DNA from: Desulfosudaceae bacterium
GTDB lineage: Bacteria; Desulfobacterota; Desulfobacteria; Desulfobacterales; Desulfosudaceae
DNA length: 64,000 nucleotides
Assembly: GCA_963674745.2 (NCBI GenBank)
Contig: CAXXDV010000001.1
Location: 2,630,361 to 2,694,360 of the forward strand
Reading direction: 5' to 3'
Program-made: the position numbers and the translations under genes
Shown here: positions 9,040 through 19,057 of the stretch, piece after piece
Position numbering within the stretch: the stretch's first letter is position 1
How the letters are laid out: each line of letters starts with the position of its first letter
The notes under the pieces: model-generated
Database searches by the model: none
Told to the model about the DNA's origin: nothing
What the model saw: only the letters and a program-made list of their open reading frames with translations

Positions 9040-11538
9040 TCAGACCATATCCGGTGTCGCGACCGGCACCGGTCCGACCTTCCAGATATCGCGGCAGTAT
9101 TCAGCAATGGCGCGGTCCGACGTGAACATACCCATCCGCGCCACATTTAATATTGACATACGATGCCAGCGGTCGGGCAGATTAAAGGCCCTTCCCACGG
9201 CTTCCTGACATTGCACATAAGCGGTATAGTCGGCCAGGACCATGAATTCATCCCTGGCCAGCAGGGAATCAACCAGCGGGGTAAACAGGCCGCTGTCCCC
9301 GCCGGAGAAGGTGCCGCCGCTGATCATGTCCAGCACCGCCCGCAATTCATCATTCTGCCGGATGACTTCACGAGGGTTGTATCCCTGTTGTTTTGTCACG
9401 GCCACCTGATCCGCTGTCAGGCCGAACAGGAAAAAATTTTCCGGCCCCACTGATTCCCGGATTTCCAGGTTGGCGCCATCCAGGGTGCCGATGGTTAAGG
9501 CACCGTTTAACGAGAATTTCATGTTGCCCGTACCCGAGGCTTCTTTGCCGGCGGTTGATATCTGTTCTGACAAATCCGCAGCCGGGTAAATCCGCTGGGC
9601 GTTTTTGACGTTAAAATCCGGATAAAAGATTACCTTGATCCGGCCCTGAATGTGGGGATCATTGTTGATGACGTCGGCCACGCCGTTAATCAGGCGGATA
9701 ATCAGCTTGGCCCGGGTATAACCGGGGGCTGCCTTGCCGCCGAAAATAAAAGTCCGGGGAGGGGCGTCCGGGTCAAGTCCCTGCTTGAACCGGCGGTAGA
9801 GGGTGATAATATGCAGCACATTCAAGTGCTGGCGTTTGTATTCATGGATCCGCTTGACATGAATATCAAACATGGTGGAAGGGTCCACGGTCGTCCCGGT
9901 TTGTTTTTTGATCATGTCGGCCAGGCGGATTTTACACTGGTGCTTTACTTCTGCCCATTGGGCGCAAAAGCCGCTGTCATCCGCAAACGGTTCCAGGCCT
10001 TTGAGCTGATCAAGGTCATTTATCCATCCCTTACCGATGGCCCGGGAAATCAAACCGGTCAGCCCGGGGTTGGCCAGGACCATGAAACGTCTGGGGGTGA
10101 CACCGTTGGTTTTGTTTGAAAATTTTTCCGGCCACAGGTCAAAAAAATCTTTAAGTACGGTCTGCTTCAGAAGGTCGGTATGAAGCGCCGCCACACCATT
10201 GATGGCGTGGCTTCCCACGCAGGCCAGATGCGCCATACGAACATGCTTTTCTCCGGTCTCGCCGATCAGTGACATCCTTTCCAGCCGCTGGTTATCGCCG
10301 GGAAAACGGCGGCTGACAGCATCCAGAAAACGTTGGTTGATCTCATAAATAATTTCCATGTGCCGCGGCAGCAGTCGGCCGAACAGGGAAACGGGCCAGG
10401 TCTCCAGTGCCTCGGGCAGCAGGGTGTGGTTGGTATAGGCGAACAGTTTCGTGGTTATCCGCCAGGACCGCTCCCAACTCAGGTTATAGGCATCCACCAG
10501 CAGTCGCATCATTTCACTTATGGCCACGGCCGGATGGGTATCGTTTAACTGTACCACGAATTTGTCGGGCAATCGCTTCAGGTCGGTCTCCCGCTGAAAG
10601 AATACGCGCAGCATGTCTGAAAGGGAACAGGCGACAAAGAAATATTGCTGCTCCAGCCGCAGCCTCCGGCCGGCTTCGGCCTCATCGTTGGGGTAAAGGA
10701 CCTTGGTGATGTTTTCCGATACCACTTTCTGGGCAACGGCCTTGTAATAATTGCCCATGTTGAATGCTTGAAAGTCGAAAGATTCTCGGGCTTCAGCCTG
10801 CCAGAGCCTGAGAATAATAGCGTTTTTGACGCCATACCCTAAAACCGGCGTGTCAAAGGGCGTGCCCAGAACGGAACGTTCAGCCAGCCAGCGAACCCGA
10901 TAACGGCCCTGTTCATCCCGGTAAGCCTCGGTGTGGCCGCCGAAATTGACTTCGATGCGACGTTCCGGGTGGGGGACTTCCCAGGGATTGCCGAAGCGCA
11001 GCCATTTATCAGCGATTTCAACCTGCCAGCCGTCTTTGATGACCTGATCGAAAATGCCGTATTCGTATCGGATGCCATACCCGAAGGCCGGTACCTGAAG
11101 CGTGGCCAGAGAATCAAGGTAGCAGGCCGCCAGCCGTCCCAGGCCGCCGTTTCCAAGGCCGGGTTCTTCTTCCTGTTCCAGCAGTTCGTCCAGCGAAAGG
11201 CCCAGTTCCGTCATGGCCTGGTTGACGACCTCCCAGAGGCCCAGGTTGATGATGTTATTGCCCAACTGAGGTCCCAGGAGATATTCAGCCGAGAGGTAAA
11301 TCACGGTGCGGCTGTCCTGATTGAAATAGGTGTGGGCACTGTGAATCCAGCGCTGCAGGACCCGGTCCCGGATGACGTAAGACAGCGCCAGGTAATAATC
11401 GTTGAGGGTGGCTACTTCCGGAAATTTGGCGCGCATGGAAAACAGCTTCTCGGTCAGGTCCTTTTTAATCGCTTCAACGGAATTGTCGAAAAACGGCTCG
11501 GGTAGCTGGGTATTTTCCGGGTTGCGTATTGTCTCCAT
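9040..11538 (-). CDS. glgP: Glycogen/alpha-glucan phosphorylase
   Basis: GLGNGGLGRLAAC, QLNDTHP, YTNHTLLPEALE, EASGTGNMK PLP-lysine motif. Confidence 0.97.
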   Translation of the reverse strand: METIRNPENTQLPEPFFDNSVEAIKKDLTEKLFSMRAKFPEVATLNDYYLALSYVIRDRVLQRWIHSAHTYFNQDSRTVIYLSAEYLLGPQLGNNIINLGLWEVVNQAMTELGLSLDELLEQEEEPGLGNGGLGRLAACYLDSLATLQVPAFGYGIRYEYGIFDQVIKDGWQVEIADKWLRFGNPWEVPHPERRIEVNFGGHTEAYRDEQGRYRVRWLAERSVLGTPFDTPVLGYGVKNAIILRLWQAEARESFDFQAFNMGNYYKAVAQKVVSENITKVLYPNDEAEAGRRLRLEQQYFFVACSLSDMLRVFFQRETDLKRLPDKFVVQLNDTHPAVAISEMMRLLVDAYNLSWERSWRITTKLFAYTNHTLLPEALETWPVSLFGRLLPRHMEIIYEINQRFLDAVSRRFPGDNQRLERMSLIGETGEKHVRMAHLACVGSHAINGVAALHTDLLKQTVLKDFFDLWPEKFSNKTNGVTPRRFMVLANPGLTGLISRAIGKGWINDLDQLKGLEPFADDSGFCAQWAEVKHQCKIRLADMIKKQTGTTVDPSTMFDIHVKRIHEYKRQHLNVLHIITLYRRFKQGLDPDAPPRTFIFGGKAAPGYTRAKLIIRLINGVADVINNDPHIQGRIKVIFYPDFNVKNAQRIYPAADLSEQISTAGKEASGTGNMKFSLNGALTIGTLDGANLEIRESVGPENFFLFGLTADQVAVTKQQGYNPREVIRQNDELRAVLDMISGGTFSGGDSGLFTPLVDSLLARDEFMVLADYTAYVQCQEAVGRAFNLPDRWHRMSILNVARMGMFTSDRAIAEYCRDIWKVGPVPVATPDMV

Positions 11539-11569
11539 GCCGGGCTCTCCAAGTTATTCGTTTTGTGTG

Positions 11570-11599
11570 AAAAAAAGTTCTCCGCTGTTTCAACGGAGA
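11570..11599 (-). terminator. Intrinsic terminator-like hairpin in the glgP 5' leader
   Basis: UCUCCGUUG-AAA-CAGCGGAGA, a 9-bp stem followed by AC and U7. Confidence 0.5.
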
Positions 11600-11807
11600 T
11601 GGCAAAGAGCTTATATTTTAATCTTTTCATGTAGTTATGGCAAAGCTCCAGGAATTTGTCAAGGAGAAAGAATGAAGCGGTCAGGTTGTTGAGTTTTTTT
11701 ACGGGTTAAAAAAATCTCGTTGCACCGGATCACACCTTTTGTTAGAAAACAGATAGCTTTCTGTTAAAAAATATTAAGTGCAAATACATATCGGGCATAT
11801 TTTAATC

Positions 11808-13043
11808 ATGAGCGTTGAGACTGTAATATTGATATGCGGTTATATTTTCGGATTTTACATGGCCTGGAATATCGGTGCCAATGACGTGGCCAATTCCATG
11901 GCCTCTGCCGTGGGTGCCCGGGCGATTACCCTGCGTCAGGCGGTTTTTATCGCCGGTATACTGAATATTATCGGCGCGGTCTTTGTCGGGTCCCATGTGA
12001 CCAATACGATTTGTAAAGGCATTGTTTCTACCGAGGTAATGACCGATCCGACAATGGCCATGCTGGGGGCCTTGTCGGCACTCCTGGCCGCGGCTGTCTG
12101 GGTGTCCTTTGCCACCTGGAAATCCCTGCCGGTTTCAACCACCCACTCAATTGTAGGGGCCATGGTCGGATACGGCCTTGTTACCGGCGGATTTTCGGTA
12201 GTGCAGTGGGGAAAACTGGGGGCGGTGGTGGCCAGCTGGATCATTTCCCCGTTTTTCAGCTTTCTTCTGGCCTATTTTATGTTTAAATTTATTATCAAGG
12301 TTATCTATAACAGAAAAGACGCCTCCGGCATGGCCTTGAAGTTCTCCCCCCTGTTTGTCGGGCTGGCCCTGTTTATTGTCGCGCTCTCTTTTTTGTTTAA
12401 AACACCGCTGGGTAAATCGCTTTCACTCAGCGTACCGTCGGCGCTGTTTTATGCCCTGATTCTCGCCGTATGCGGCGGCTTTCTGGGCAAGCTGCTGATC
12501 AGTCGTTTTGGAATGAAACACGAGGGGGATGAGACGGAAACCGTTTTCCGGCGCATTCAGGTGGGGACATCATGTTATGTGGCGCTGGCCCAGGGCGCCA
12601 ATGACGTGGCCAATGCCATCGGTCCCCTGGCGTTGATTTATTATATTGTTAAAAGCGGTTCCGTGGCCGGAATCAAAACGGTTCCGGTACCGGCGATGTT
12701 GCTGGCCTTTGGCGGCCTGGGCATTGCCGCCGGGATTGCCATGGCCGGCCGACGCGTGATTGAAACAGTGGGATCCAGGATTACAACGCTTAACAATACC
12801 CGGGGCTTTTCGGTGGATTTTGCCGCAGCCACGACCGTTATGGCGGCCTCAAAGATGGGGCTGCCGGTGTCCACAACTCATGCCGCAGTCGGTGGGGTCA
12901 TCGGGGTCGGTCTTGCCCGGGGTTTTGACGCGGTTAATTTTCGCGTTATATATGAAATCGCTCTGTACTGGGTGCTGACCGTGCCGATGGCGGCTGTCAC
13001 CAGTATCGTGATTTTTAAGATACTTCAGTATTTTATTTATTAA
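11808..13043 (+). CDS. Inorganic phosphate transporter (PiT family)
   Basis: Two GANDVAN motifs, LPVSTTH twice, multiple TM helices. Confidence 0.95.
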   Translation: MSVETVILICGYIFGFYMAWNIGANDVANSMASAVGARAITLRQAVFIAGILNIIGAVFVGSHVTNTICKGIVSTEVMTDPTMAMLGALSALLAAAVWVSFATWKSLPVSTTHSIVGAMVGYGLVTGGFSVVQWGKLGAVVASWIISPFFSFLLAYFMFKFIIKVIYNRKDASGMALKFSPLFVGLALFIVALSFLFKTPLGKSLSLSVPSALFYALILAVCGGFLGKLLISRFGMKHEGDETETVFRRIQVGTSCYVALAQGANDVANAIGPLALIYYIVKSGSVAGIKTVPVPAMLLAFGGLGIAAGIAMAGRRVIETVGSRITTLNNTRGFSVDFAAATTVMAASKMGLPVSTTHAAVGGVIGVGLARGFDAVNFRVIYEIALYWVLTVPMAAVTSIVIFKILQYFIY

Positions 13044-13056
13044 AGGAGGCGTTAAA

Positions 13057-13725
13057 ATGCGTATTCCGCTTGTTTCCATGTTTATCACTTCCCCTTTTGC
13101 CGACCTTCAGGAACACGCTGAAAAATTGCAGGAGTGTGCCTGTGCCTTTCAGCAGGCAATGGAGTGCCATATGTCCGATAAGTGCAGCACGTTTGAAAAC
13201 CATAAAGGCAAGGTGGATGAAATTGAAAGAGAGGCCGATGCCATCAAGCGGCGCATCCGCGGCCATTTACCCAAGGGGACCCTCCTGGCGGTGGATAAAT
13301 TCCAGTTGTTCCGATATCTTAGAGAACAGGACAGTGTTCTTGATTCCATGAAGAGCGCCCTGAGCTGGTTGTCGTACCGGGAGTCTCCGGGCATCCCCCC
13401 GGAATTGAAGAAGGATTTTGCCAAACTGGTCGACAGCGCCATTGACCCCATAGACGCCCTGAACGAAATGCTGACGGAAGCGCGGAAATACTTTAACAGT
13501 TTTTCGGAAAAACAGCGCGTTGTCGTCAAGGATATCATCAGTATTCTTCGCCAGAAAGAACATGATTCAGACCAGGTGGAGCATGCTTTGAAGCAGAAGA
13601 TTTTTTCGGTGAATACGGATCCGGTCACGATTTTTCATGCCCTGATGCTGGCTGAAAAAATTGGGGACATTGCCGATCACGTGGAAAATGCCGGGGACAT
13701 GATGCGGGCCATGGTGGCCCGGTAA
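13057..13725 (+). CDS. DUF47/TIGR00153 Pit accessory (PhoU-like) protein
   Basis: EREADAIKRRIR and IGDIADHVEN motifs; AAAGGAGG RBS; follows Pit. Confidence 0.9.
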   Translation: MRIPLVSMFITSPFADLQEHAEKLQECACAFQQAMECHMSDKCSTFENHKGKVDEIEREADAIKRRIRGHLPKGTLLAVDKFQLFRYLREQDSVLDSMKSALSWLSYRESPGIPPELKKDFAKLVDSAIDPIDALNEMLTEARKYFNSFSEKQRVVVKDIISILRQKEHDSDQVEHALKQKIFSVNTDPVTIFHALMLAEKIGDIADHVENAGDMMRAMVAR

Positions 13726-13762
13726 TCCGGTCGTGATATGTCCCGGAAGGGATATTAGTAGA

Positions 13763-13789
13763 TTGACAGTTGCAAATCGCTGGTATAAT
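13763..13789 (+). promoter_or_regulatory. Sigma70 promoter (extended -10) for the OmpA gene
   Basis: TTGACA 13763-13768 and TG-G-TATAAT ending at 13789; the 15 nt spacer is short. Confidence 0.45.
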
Positions 13790-13853
13790 ATTTATGGCCA
13801 GTTCGGTTTAAAAAATGGCGGATCACTAAATATATTTTAAAAAGGGGACGGGC

Positions 13854-14498
13854 ATGAAACATCGCGGCTTTTTATTGGTTGTTATAGTTTGTTCGGTTCT
13901 GGTGCTGTCCGGTGCCACGGCAGGTTATTGCACCAACGCGTTGACGATGACTCAGGGCAACGGCTGTGTTAATTCGAATATGGATGTAAACGATTATATC
14001 GCCGTTGGTGTCGGCAGGACGCATTATCTGGGCGGCCAGGACGCGGGTGGGGCGAACACCATAGTGGTGGCCCAAAAAGAATCGTTGATCGGCCATGACG
14101 GCGGGTCACTGGAGGGAATCTGCCGTTGCTCGGGGATGCCGGATGGGGCTGATGTGGATGAACGCGGCTGCTGGGTTGTGGCGCACTTTGAATTCGAAAA
14201 AGCCAATATCACAACCGCCAGTGCCGACAAGCTGGATGAAGCAGTCGGCGTTTTGAAGAATGATCCGGACTTGAACATTGAAATTCAGGGGCATACCTGC
14301 AGTATGGGCCCGTTGCTTTATAACCAGGTCCTGTCTGAAAAACGGGCCAAGGCGGTTTATGACTATTTGATTCTTCAAGGGATTAATGCACCCCGCATGA
14401 GCTACAAAGGTTTTGCGTATAAAAAACCGGCCGCTTCTAACGAAACACTTTCGGGACGGAAATTGAACCGGCGTGTTGAATTCCAGCCGGTCGAATAA
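13854..14498 (+). CDS. OmpA-family peptidoglycan-binding protein
   Basis: Signal peptide, OprF-like CxGxPxGxxVDxxGC linker, IEIQGHT...NQVLSEKRA...NRRVEF. Confidence 0.9.
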   Translation: MKHRGFLLVVIVCSVLVLSGATAGYCTNALTMTQGNGCVNSNMDVNDYIAVGVGRTHYLGGQDAGGANTIVVAQKESLIGHDGGSLEGICRCSGMPDGADVDERGCWVVAHFEFEKANITTASADKLDEAVGVLKNDPDLNIEIQGHTCSMGPLLYNQVLSEKRAKAVYDYLILQGINAPRMSYKGFAYKKPAASNETLSGRKLNRRVEFQPVE

Positions 14499-14610
14499 CT
14501 GAATTCGTCCCAATTTTATTTGTGTTTTTCCAGGAAGGCATTCAGTTGCCCTGTTGCGGTGGCAGCGGGGAAATCACTGTCCCGAACAAGATAGAGACAT
14601 AGTTGGTTTA

Positions 14611-15726
14611 TTGAACCGTCGATCTTTTCTGAAAACAACCTTTGCCCGGTGTCTGGAACTTTTTTCCATGGGGGTTCTGGCATATTTTTTTCCCCGGGAC
14701 TCGGCCCTGGCGGCAGCGCCCGGCCAAAATTCGGTTGACCGCTTAAAAGGCCTTTCCCTTAAAAAATGGTGCCAGGAAAAACGCCATCACAGAAACGGCC
14801 GTTATCTGAACCCCTTCACCCCTTTCGAGCATAAAAACTTCTGGGGCTTGCTGCGCTGGAAACTGCTCTCTAAAAACCATTTCAAATCTTATTATCACCA
14901 GGAAAAGGTTGTCCCGGTTGATATCAACTGGGAGACGATTGAAGCCCAGAAGGGATGTGCGGTGACCTATATCACTCATTCCTGCGTCATGGTCAAGGAT
15001 CTGGATCGATATATCCTGGTGGATCCGATTTTCTTCGGGCTTTTCGGCTTTAAAAATTTTACCCCCCTGACCGATCGGGCCGCGCGGGTTCCCCAACCGG
15101 ATCATGTCCTCATTACCCATGGCCATTACGATCACCTGGACGTCGACACGTTGAAGCAATTTGACCGGGACACCCATGTGGTCTCACCGCCCGGGTACCG
15201 GGTCATTTTTCGTGATCTGGGAATGACCCGCCATTCCCAGTTGGACTGGTTTGAGTCTTACACCGACGATGGTAGAGAGATTCTGTTTCTGCCCTGTAAT
15301 CACTGGACCATGCGCAATCCCCTGGCCGGCCCGAACGATGCCCTGTGGGGGTCATACCTGATTAAAGGCCGAACCGCCAATATTTTTATCAGCGGGGATC
15401 TGGGCTGGTTTGACCATTTTGAGGAGATCGGAGAAGCCGGGCCGATTGATCTGGCCATATTCAATCTCGGTGCCTATGAACCGCGATGGTTCATGAAAAG
15501 TTCTCATATCAATCCGGCTGAAACGGTCAGCGCGTTTAAGGCCTTGAACGCCAGGCACCTGATGATTATTCACTGGGGAACCTTCCGCCTGGGAGACGAA
15601 CCGGTGCACTTCCCGCCGAAGGATATCCGCCATGAAATGGAACGGCAGGGACTGGCCGACCGCCTGATTCATTTGAATCACGGTCAGACCGTGTGTTATG
15701 ACCGGCACCAATTTGATATTATTTGA
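14611..15726 (+). CDS. Tat-exported metallo-beta-lactamase-fold hydrolase (NAPE-PLD/RomA-like)
   Basis: NRRSFLK twin-arginine motif, ITHGHYDHLD, GAYEPRWFM, IHWGTF; start uncertain. Confidence 0.85.
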   Translation: MNRRSFLKTTFARCLELFSMGVLAYFFPRDSALAAAPGQNSVDRLKGLSLKKWCQEKRHHRNGRYLNPFTPFEHKNFWGLLRWKLLSKNHFKSYYHQEKVVPVDINWETIEAQKGCAVTYITHSCVMVKDLDRYILVDPIFFGLFGFKNFTPLTDRAARVPQPDHVLITHGHYDHLDVDTLKQFDRDTHVVSPPGYRVIFRDLGMTRHSQLDWFESYTDDGREILFLPCNHWTMRNPLAGPNDALWGSYLIKGRTANIFISGDLGWFDHFEEIGEAGPIDLAIFNLGAYEPRWFMKSSHINPAETVSAFKALNARHLMIIHWGTFRLGDEPVHFPPKDIRHEMERQGLADRLIHLNHGQTVCYDRHQFDII

Positions 15727-17290
15727 AGTTTTTGATTGTCCAGTGGTAGGTCCCGTATAGTTTCTGCCTGTAAAGATTGAAAAGGGTCCGTTCCTGTTCC
15801 GGGCTGCGGGTAACCAGGAGCCCGATGATGATGGCGGCGGTAACAAATATGGCCAGAATTTTTTGACTGTTATTACCTGTTGCATATGCCGGCGCGCTGC
15901 TCCTTATCCGGTAGCCGAGTACGAGAAGCAAGACAATTGCCAGGACAATAACCGCCAGTCCGATCAGCACTCCCGTAGACCTGCCAAAACCGATCGCACT
16001 GAGTATCGTGTCCGGCAGATAACCCATTTTCATGAGCGGTATCATCAGTTCGAATATCGGGTTTTTGAATACCGGCGGTGTGTGGGGCATGATGATAATG
16101 CCCGGAAGCACCAGGAGAATCGAGAGTACCAGCAGAAGTCCCCAGGCCCGGCTTCGAACAGGGCTGAAAAAAAGCGCTAGTGTTAAAAACGGAAGCGTGG
16201 GGACAAGATACCGGGGACCATATGTCCATCCGCCGTGCCATCCGAAATAACCGCTGATCAGGAAAAAATACCAGAGCGCAATTGAGCTGATGACCACCAT
16301 TTCAGGACGGAACCGGGCTGAACGCCACATCCGCCACAACCCGATCAGGCTGAAAAAGTACACGGGCATTAAGAAAAAAAAGCCCCGGGACGGCGAGAAA
16401 AGCAGCATGATTAATGAACGCGGCTGGGGGAAACTGATGCCGAGGAATCCTTTGGCCGTTCCTTCAGCGAATTCGTCCAGTGCCAAGTGATGATAGCCGG
16501 TTGAAAAGAAAGACCCGAAACATTGAAAATTATATGCCAATACAAACATCAGGGGAATGGCCGCGCCAAAAGAAAAAAACACGATACGGGAAAACGGCGG
16601 CCTCAGCCAGAAAAGGTAGCCGAACAGGACAATGACGATAAAAAGAGAGGTGTATTCGCAGGCAAAACCGAATCCGGTAAAAAGGCCGCCCGAAAAGGCC
16701 AAAAGTGACGTGAAGGACGCGTCTTTTTCATCGCTTGTGCGCCTTAAACGCATTAAACAGGTAAACCCGAAAAAGAACAATATGCCTGTCATCAGATGCC
16801 CGCTGAAATACTGTGAATGACTCCAGGCGATACTGCCGAAGGCAAAAGCCAATACACCCGGCAGGGCACAGAAAACGTCATCGGTCCATCTCAGGCCGAC
16901 GTGAAAAAGCACCAGGCCTGCAATGGCAAACAACAGGCTGTTGGTTAAAAGATTAATAAGGTGTCGGTGCCAGAAAAAAAGAACCGGTTTGTCCCTGGCG
17001 GGAAAAATTTTTTTGATCAGCCAGTATGCCGGTGCGCCGATCATGGCCGCGCCGGGTGCCTTATTTGAATATTGGTGGCCCCCGTTTATCGAGACATCGA
17101 TTGTCTGAAAATGGGGGAGTCGCTGCAGGTGATCAATCGCATAGGTGTGATGATCGACCATTGCGCTGATCAGCATGAGACGGGTACGGGAATTGTCATA
17201 ATCAACCGGTTGATGGAAATACCCGCTGGCAAAAAAAAGCGTCAGAAAAAGCAAGATGTTGATTAATATTCTGGTTGTGTAATTTCTCAA
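15719..17290 (-). CDS. Multi-pass membrane protein, probable GT-C glycosyltransferase
   Basis: Many TM helices, YSNKAPG, LFSPSRG and WHGGWTYGPRYL motifs. Confidence 0.65.
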   Translation of the reverse strand: MRNYTTRILINILLFLTLFFASGYFHQPVDYDNSRTRLMLISAMVDHHTYAIDHLQRLPHFQTIDVSINGGHQYSNKAPGAAMIGAPAYWLIKKIFPARDKPVLFFWHRHLINLLTNSLLFAIAGLVLFHVGLRWTDDVFCALPGVLAFAFGSIAWSHSQYFSGHLMTGILFFFGFTCLMRLRRTSDEKDASFTSLLAFSGGLFTGFGFACEYTSLFIVIVLFGYLFWLRPPFSRIVFFSFGAAIPLMFVLAYNFQCFGSFFSTGYHHLALDEFAEGTAKGFLGISFPQPRSLIMLLFSPSRGFFFLMPVYFFSLIGLWRMWRSARFRPEMVVISSIALWYFFLISGYFGWHGGWTYGPRYLVPTLPFLTLALFFSPVRSRAWGLLLVLSILLVLPGIIIMPHTPPVFKNPIFELMIPLMKMGYLPDTILSAIGFGRSTGVLIGLAVIVLAIVLLLVLGYRIRSSAPAYATGNNSQKILAIFVTAAIIIGLLVTRSPEQERTLFNLYRQKLYGTYHWTIKNFK

Positions 17291-17401
17291 AACCTTTTCC
17301 TTACTGCTTTAACAAAGGTATTCTATAGCGCATTATTTTGGAGATTATTATCATTGTTGTGACATTACAAGGGATTTCCGGCACTACCCGGTTCCGGAAT
17401 T

Positions 17402-17430
17402 TTGACACAGCCGGGGAAAAACGATAGAAT
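17402..17430 (+). promoter_or_regulatory. Sigma70 promoter
   Basis: TTGACA, 17 nt spacer, TAGAAT, upstream of the TMTC-like gene. Confidence 0.7.
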
Positions 17431-17524
17431 GCAGCATTCAGCCGACTGACGCAGACCGGTTTGAACCGGCACCGGAAAATCAACCTTGCCTTTTTGCGCC
17501 AAACACAGCGCAGCTGGAGCTGTT

Positions 17525-19057
17525 GTGGAAATAAAGAAATATTCCCTGCTACTTGTCATCATCCCTGTTCTGCTCGTTTTTTTGCAGGTCATTTCTTTTG
17601 ATTTTCTGCAATATGATGATACCATCAACGTATCGAAAAACCTTTTTATCCTGAACCCGACGGCGCAACATATCCTTGATTTCTGGAAAGCCCCTTTTTT
17701 AAAATTATATATTCCGGTCACCTATACCGCCTGGGCGGGCCTGGGTATGTTATCCTTGAACGTATTCAGCGGCCGTCTTGATCCCGGGCTTTTTCATCTG
17801 TTAAATGTCCTTGTTCATATTTTGAATTGTGTCCTGCTTTACTTTATCATCAGAAAACTGTTCCGCTTAAAAGACAAGTCGGTCAATGAAAATCATCTTC
17901 TGCCGGCGGCAATCTTCGGGGCCTTGATTTTCGGGCTTCATCCGGTTCAAGTTGAGACCGTATCGTGGGTTACCGGCTTAAAGGGCGTTTTGAGCGGGGT
18001 TTTTTTTCTGTGCGCCATATATTTTTACCTTGTTTATTACAAAGCTGAAAGAAAGTTCCGGGTTTATGCTGTTTCGACGGGATTTATGATACTGGCTGTT
18101 TTATCCATGCCCTCGGCCGTTTGCCTTCCGGTCATGCTTTTTTTCATACTGTTTTGGCTGGATTGCAGGGTTACCGGCAAAACATTTTATCCCCTGCTTC
18201 CCTGGGTTGTCATCGGTTTTGTCATTGTGCTGGTCACCCGTTGGGCCCAGCCCATGGCAGACGGGGTGGCGGACTATCCATGGGTAATCAGGCCTTTTGT
18301 CGCGCTGGACGCGGTCATGTTTTATGCCCATAAAATTCTCTGGCCGAATGTTCTGATCATTGATTACGGTCGTACACCCGCCTATGTAACCGGCAAAATG
18401 TGGCAGAATTTATACCTCTGGATGGCGCTTCCTGTTGCCGGCCTGGTCTGGGGACTCAGGCGCCGGCCACAGTGGGTGGCGCTGGGACTCGCTTTTGTGG
18501 CCGGCCTGCTTCCCGTCTCCGGGTTGTTGCCGTTCGGCTTTCAGGTGACTTCGACGGTCGCCGATCGTTACCTTTATATGTCCATGGCGGTTATCGGCGT
18601 CATGGCCGCGGCCGTACTAATGATAAAACCGCGGCCTTTGATGGTCGGCCTTTGTTTTATACTGGTGATATCCTCCGGCGTGAAAAGTTTTTATCAGTGC
18701 CGTCAATGGAAAGACACTGCCACGATTATGGGACATACGCTGGAGCATAATCCGGACAGTTTTCTGGCGAATCTAAATTATGGCATCGCCCTGATGTGCC
18801 AGGGAACGTTTAAACCCTCCATTCCGTTTTATCAAAAGGCGCTGCGATTAAGGCCGGATTCCGTACTGGCATATTATAACCTGGGGCTGGCTTATATCGG
18901 AACGGGTGACAAAGCGTCGTATGAGCACCTGTATCAAAAAGTATACACCATGGACAAGCAGAAGGCCGCCAAATTGGTGAAGGCGGCCCGGGTATATGAA
19001 AAAATGAATGCCTCAGGCACGATGAATGATGTCACGCCTGAGTCCCTGAGCCCGTGA
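17525..19057 (+). CDS. TMTC-like GT-C glycosyltransferase with C-terminal TPR
   Basis: YDD luminal motif, FHLLNVLVH, LHPVQVETVSW, ADRYLY, TPR tail; GGAG RBS before GTG 17525. Confidence 0.8.
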   Translation: MEIKKYSLLLVIIPVLLVFLQVISFDFLQYDDTINVSKNLFILNPTAQHILDFWKAPFLKLYIPVTYTAWAGLGMLSLNVFSGRLDPGLFHLLNVLVHILNCVLLYFIIRKLFRLKDKSVNENHLLPAAIFGALIFGLHPVQVETVSWVTGLKGVLSGVFFLCAIYFYLVYYKAERKFRVYAVSTGFMILAVLSMPSAVCLPVMLFFILFWLDCRVTGKTFYPLLPWVVIGFVIVLVTRWAQPMADGVADYPWVIRPFVALDAVMFYAHKILWPNVLIIDYGRTPAYVTGKMWQNLYLWMALPVAGLVWGLRRRPQWVALGLAFVAGLLPVSGLLPFGFQVTSTVADRYLYMSMAVIGVMAAAVLMIKPRPLMVGLCFILVISSGVKSFYQCRQWKDTATIMGHTLEHNPDSFLANLNYGIALMCQGTFKPSIPFYQKALRLRPDSVLAYYNLGLAYIGTGDKASYEHLYQKVYTMDKQKAAKLVKAARVYEKMNASGTMNDVTPESLSP

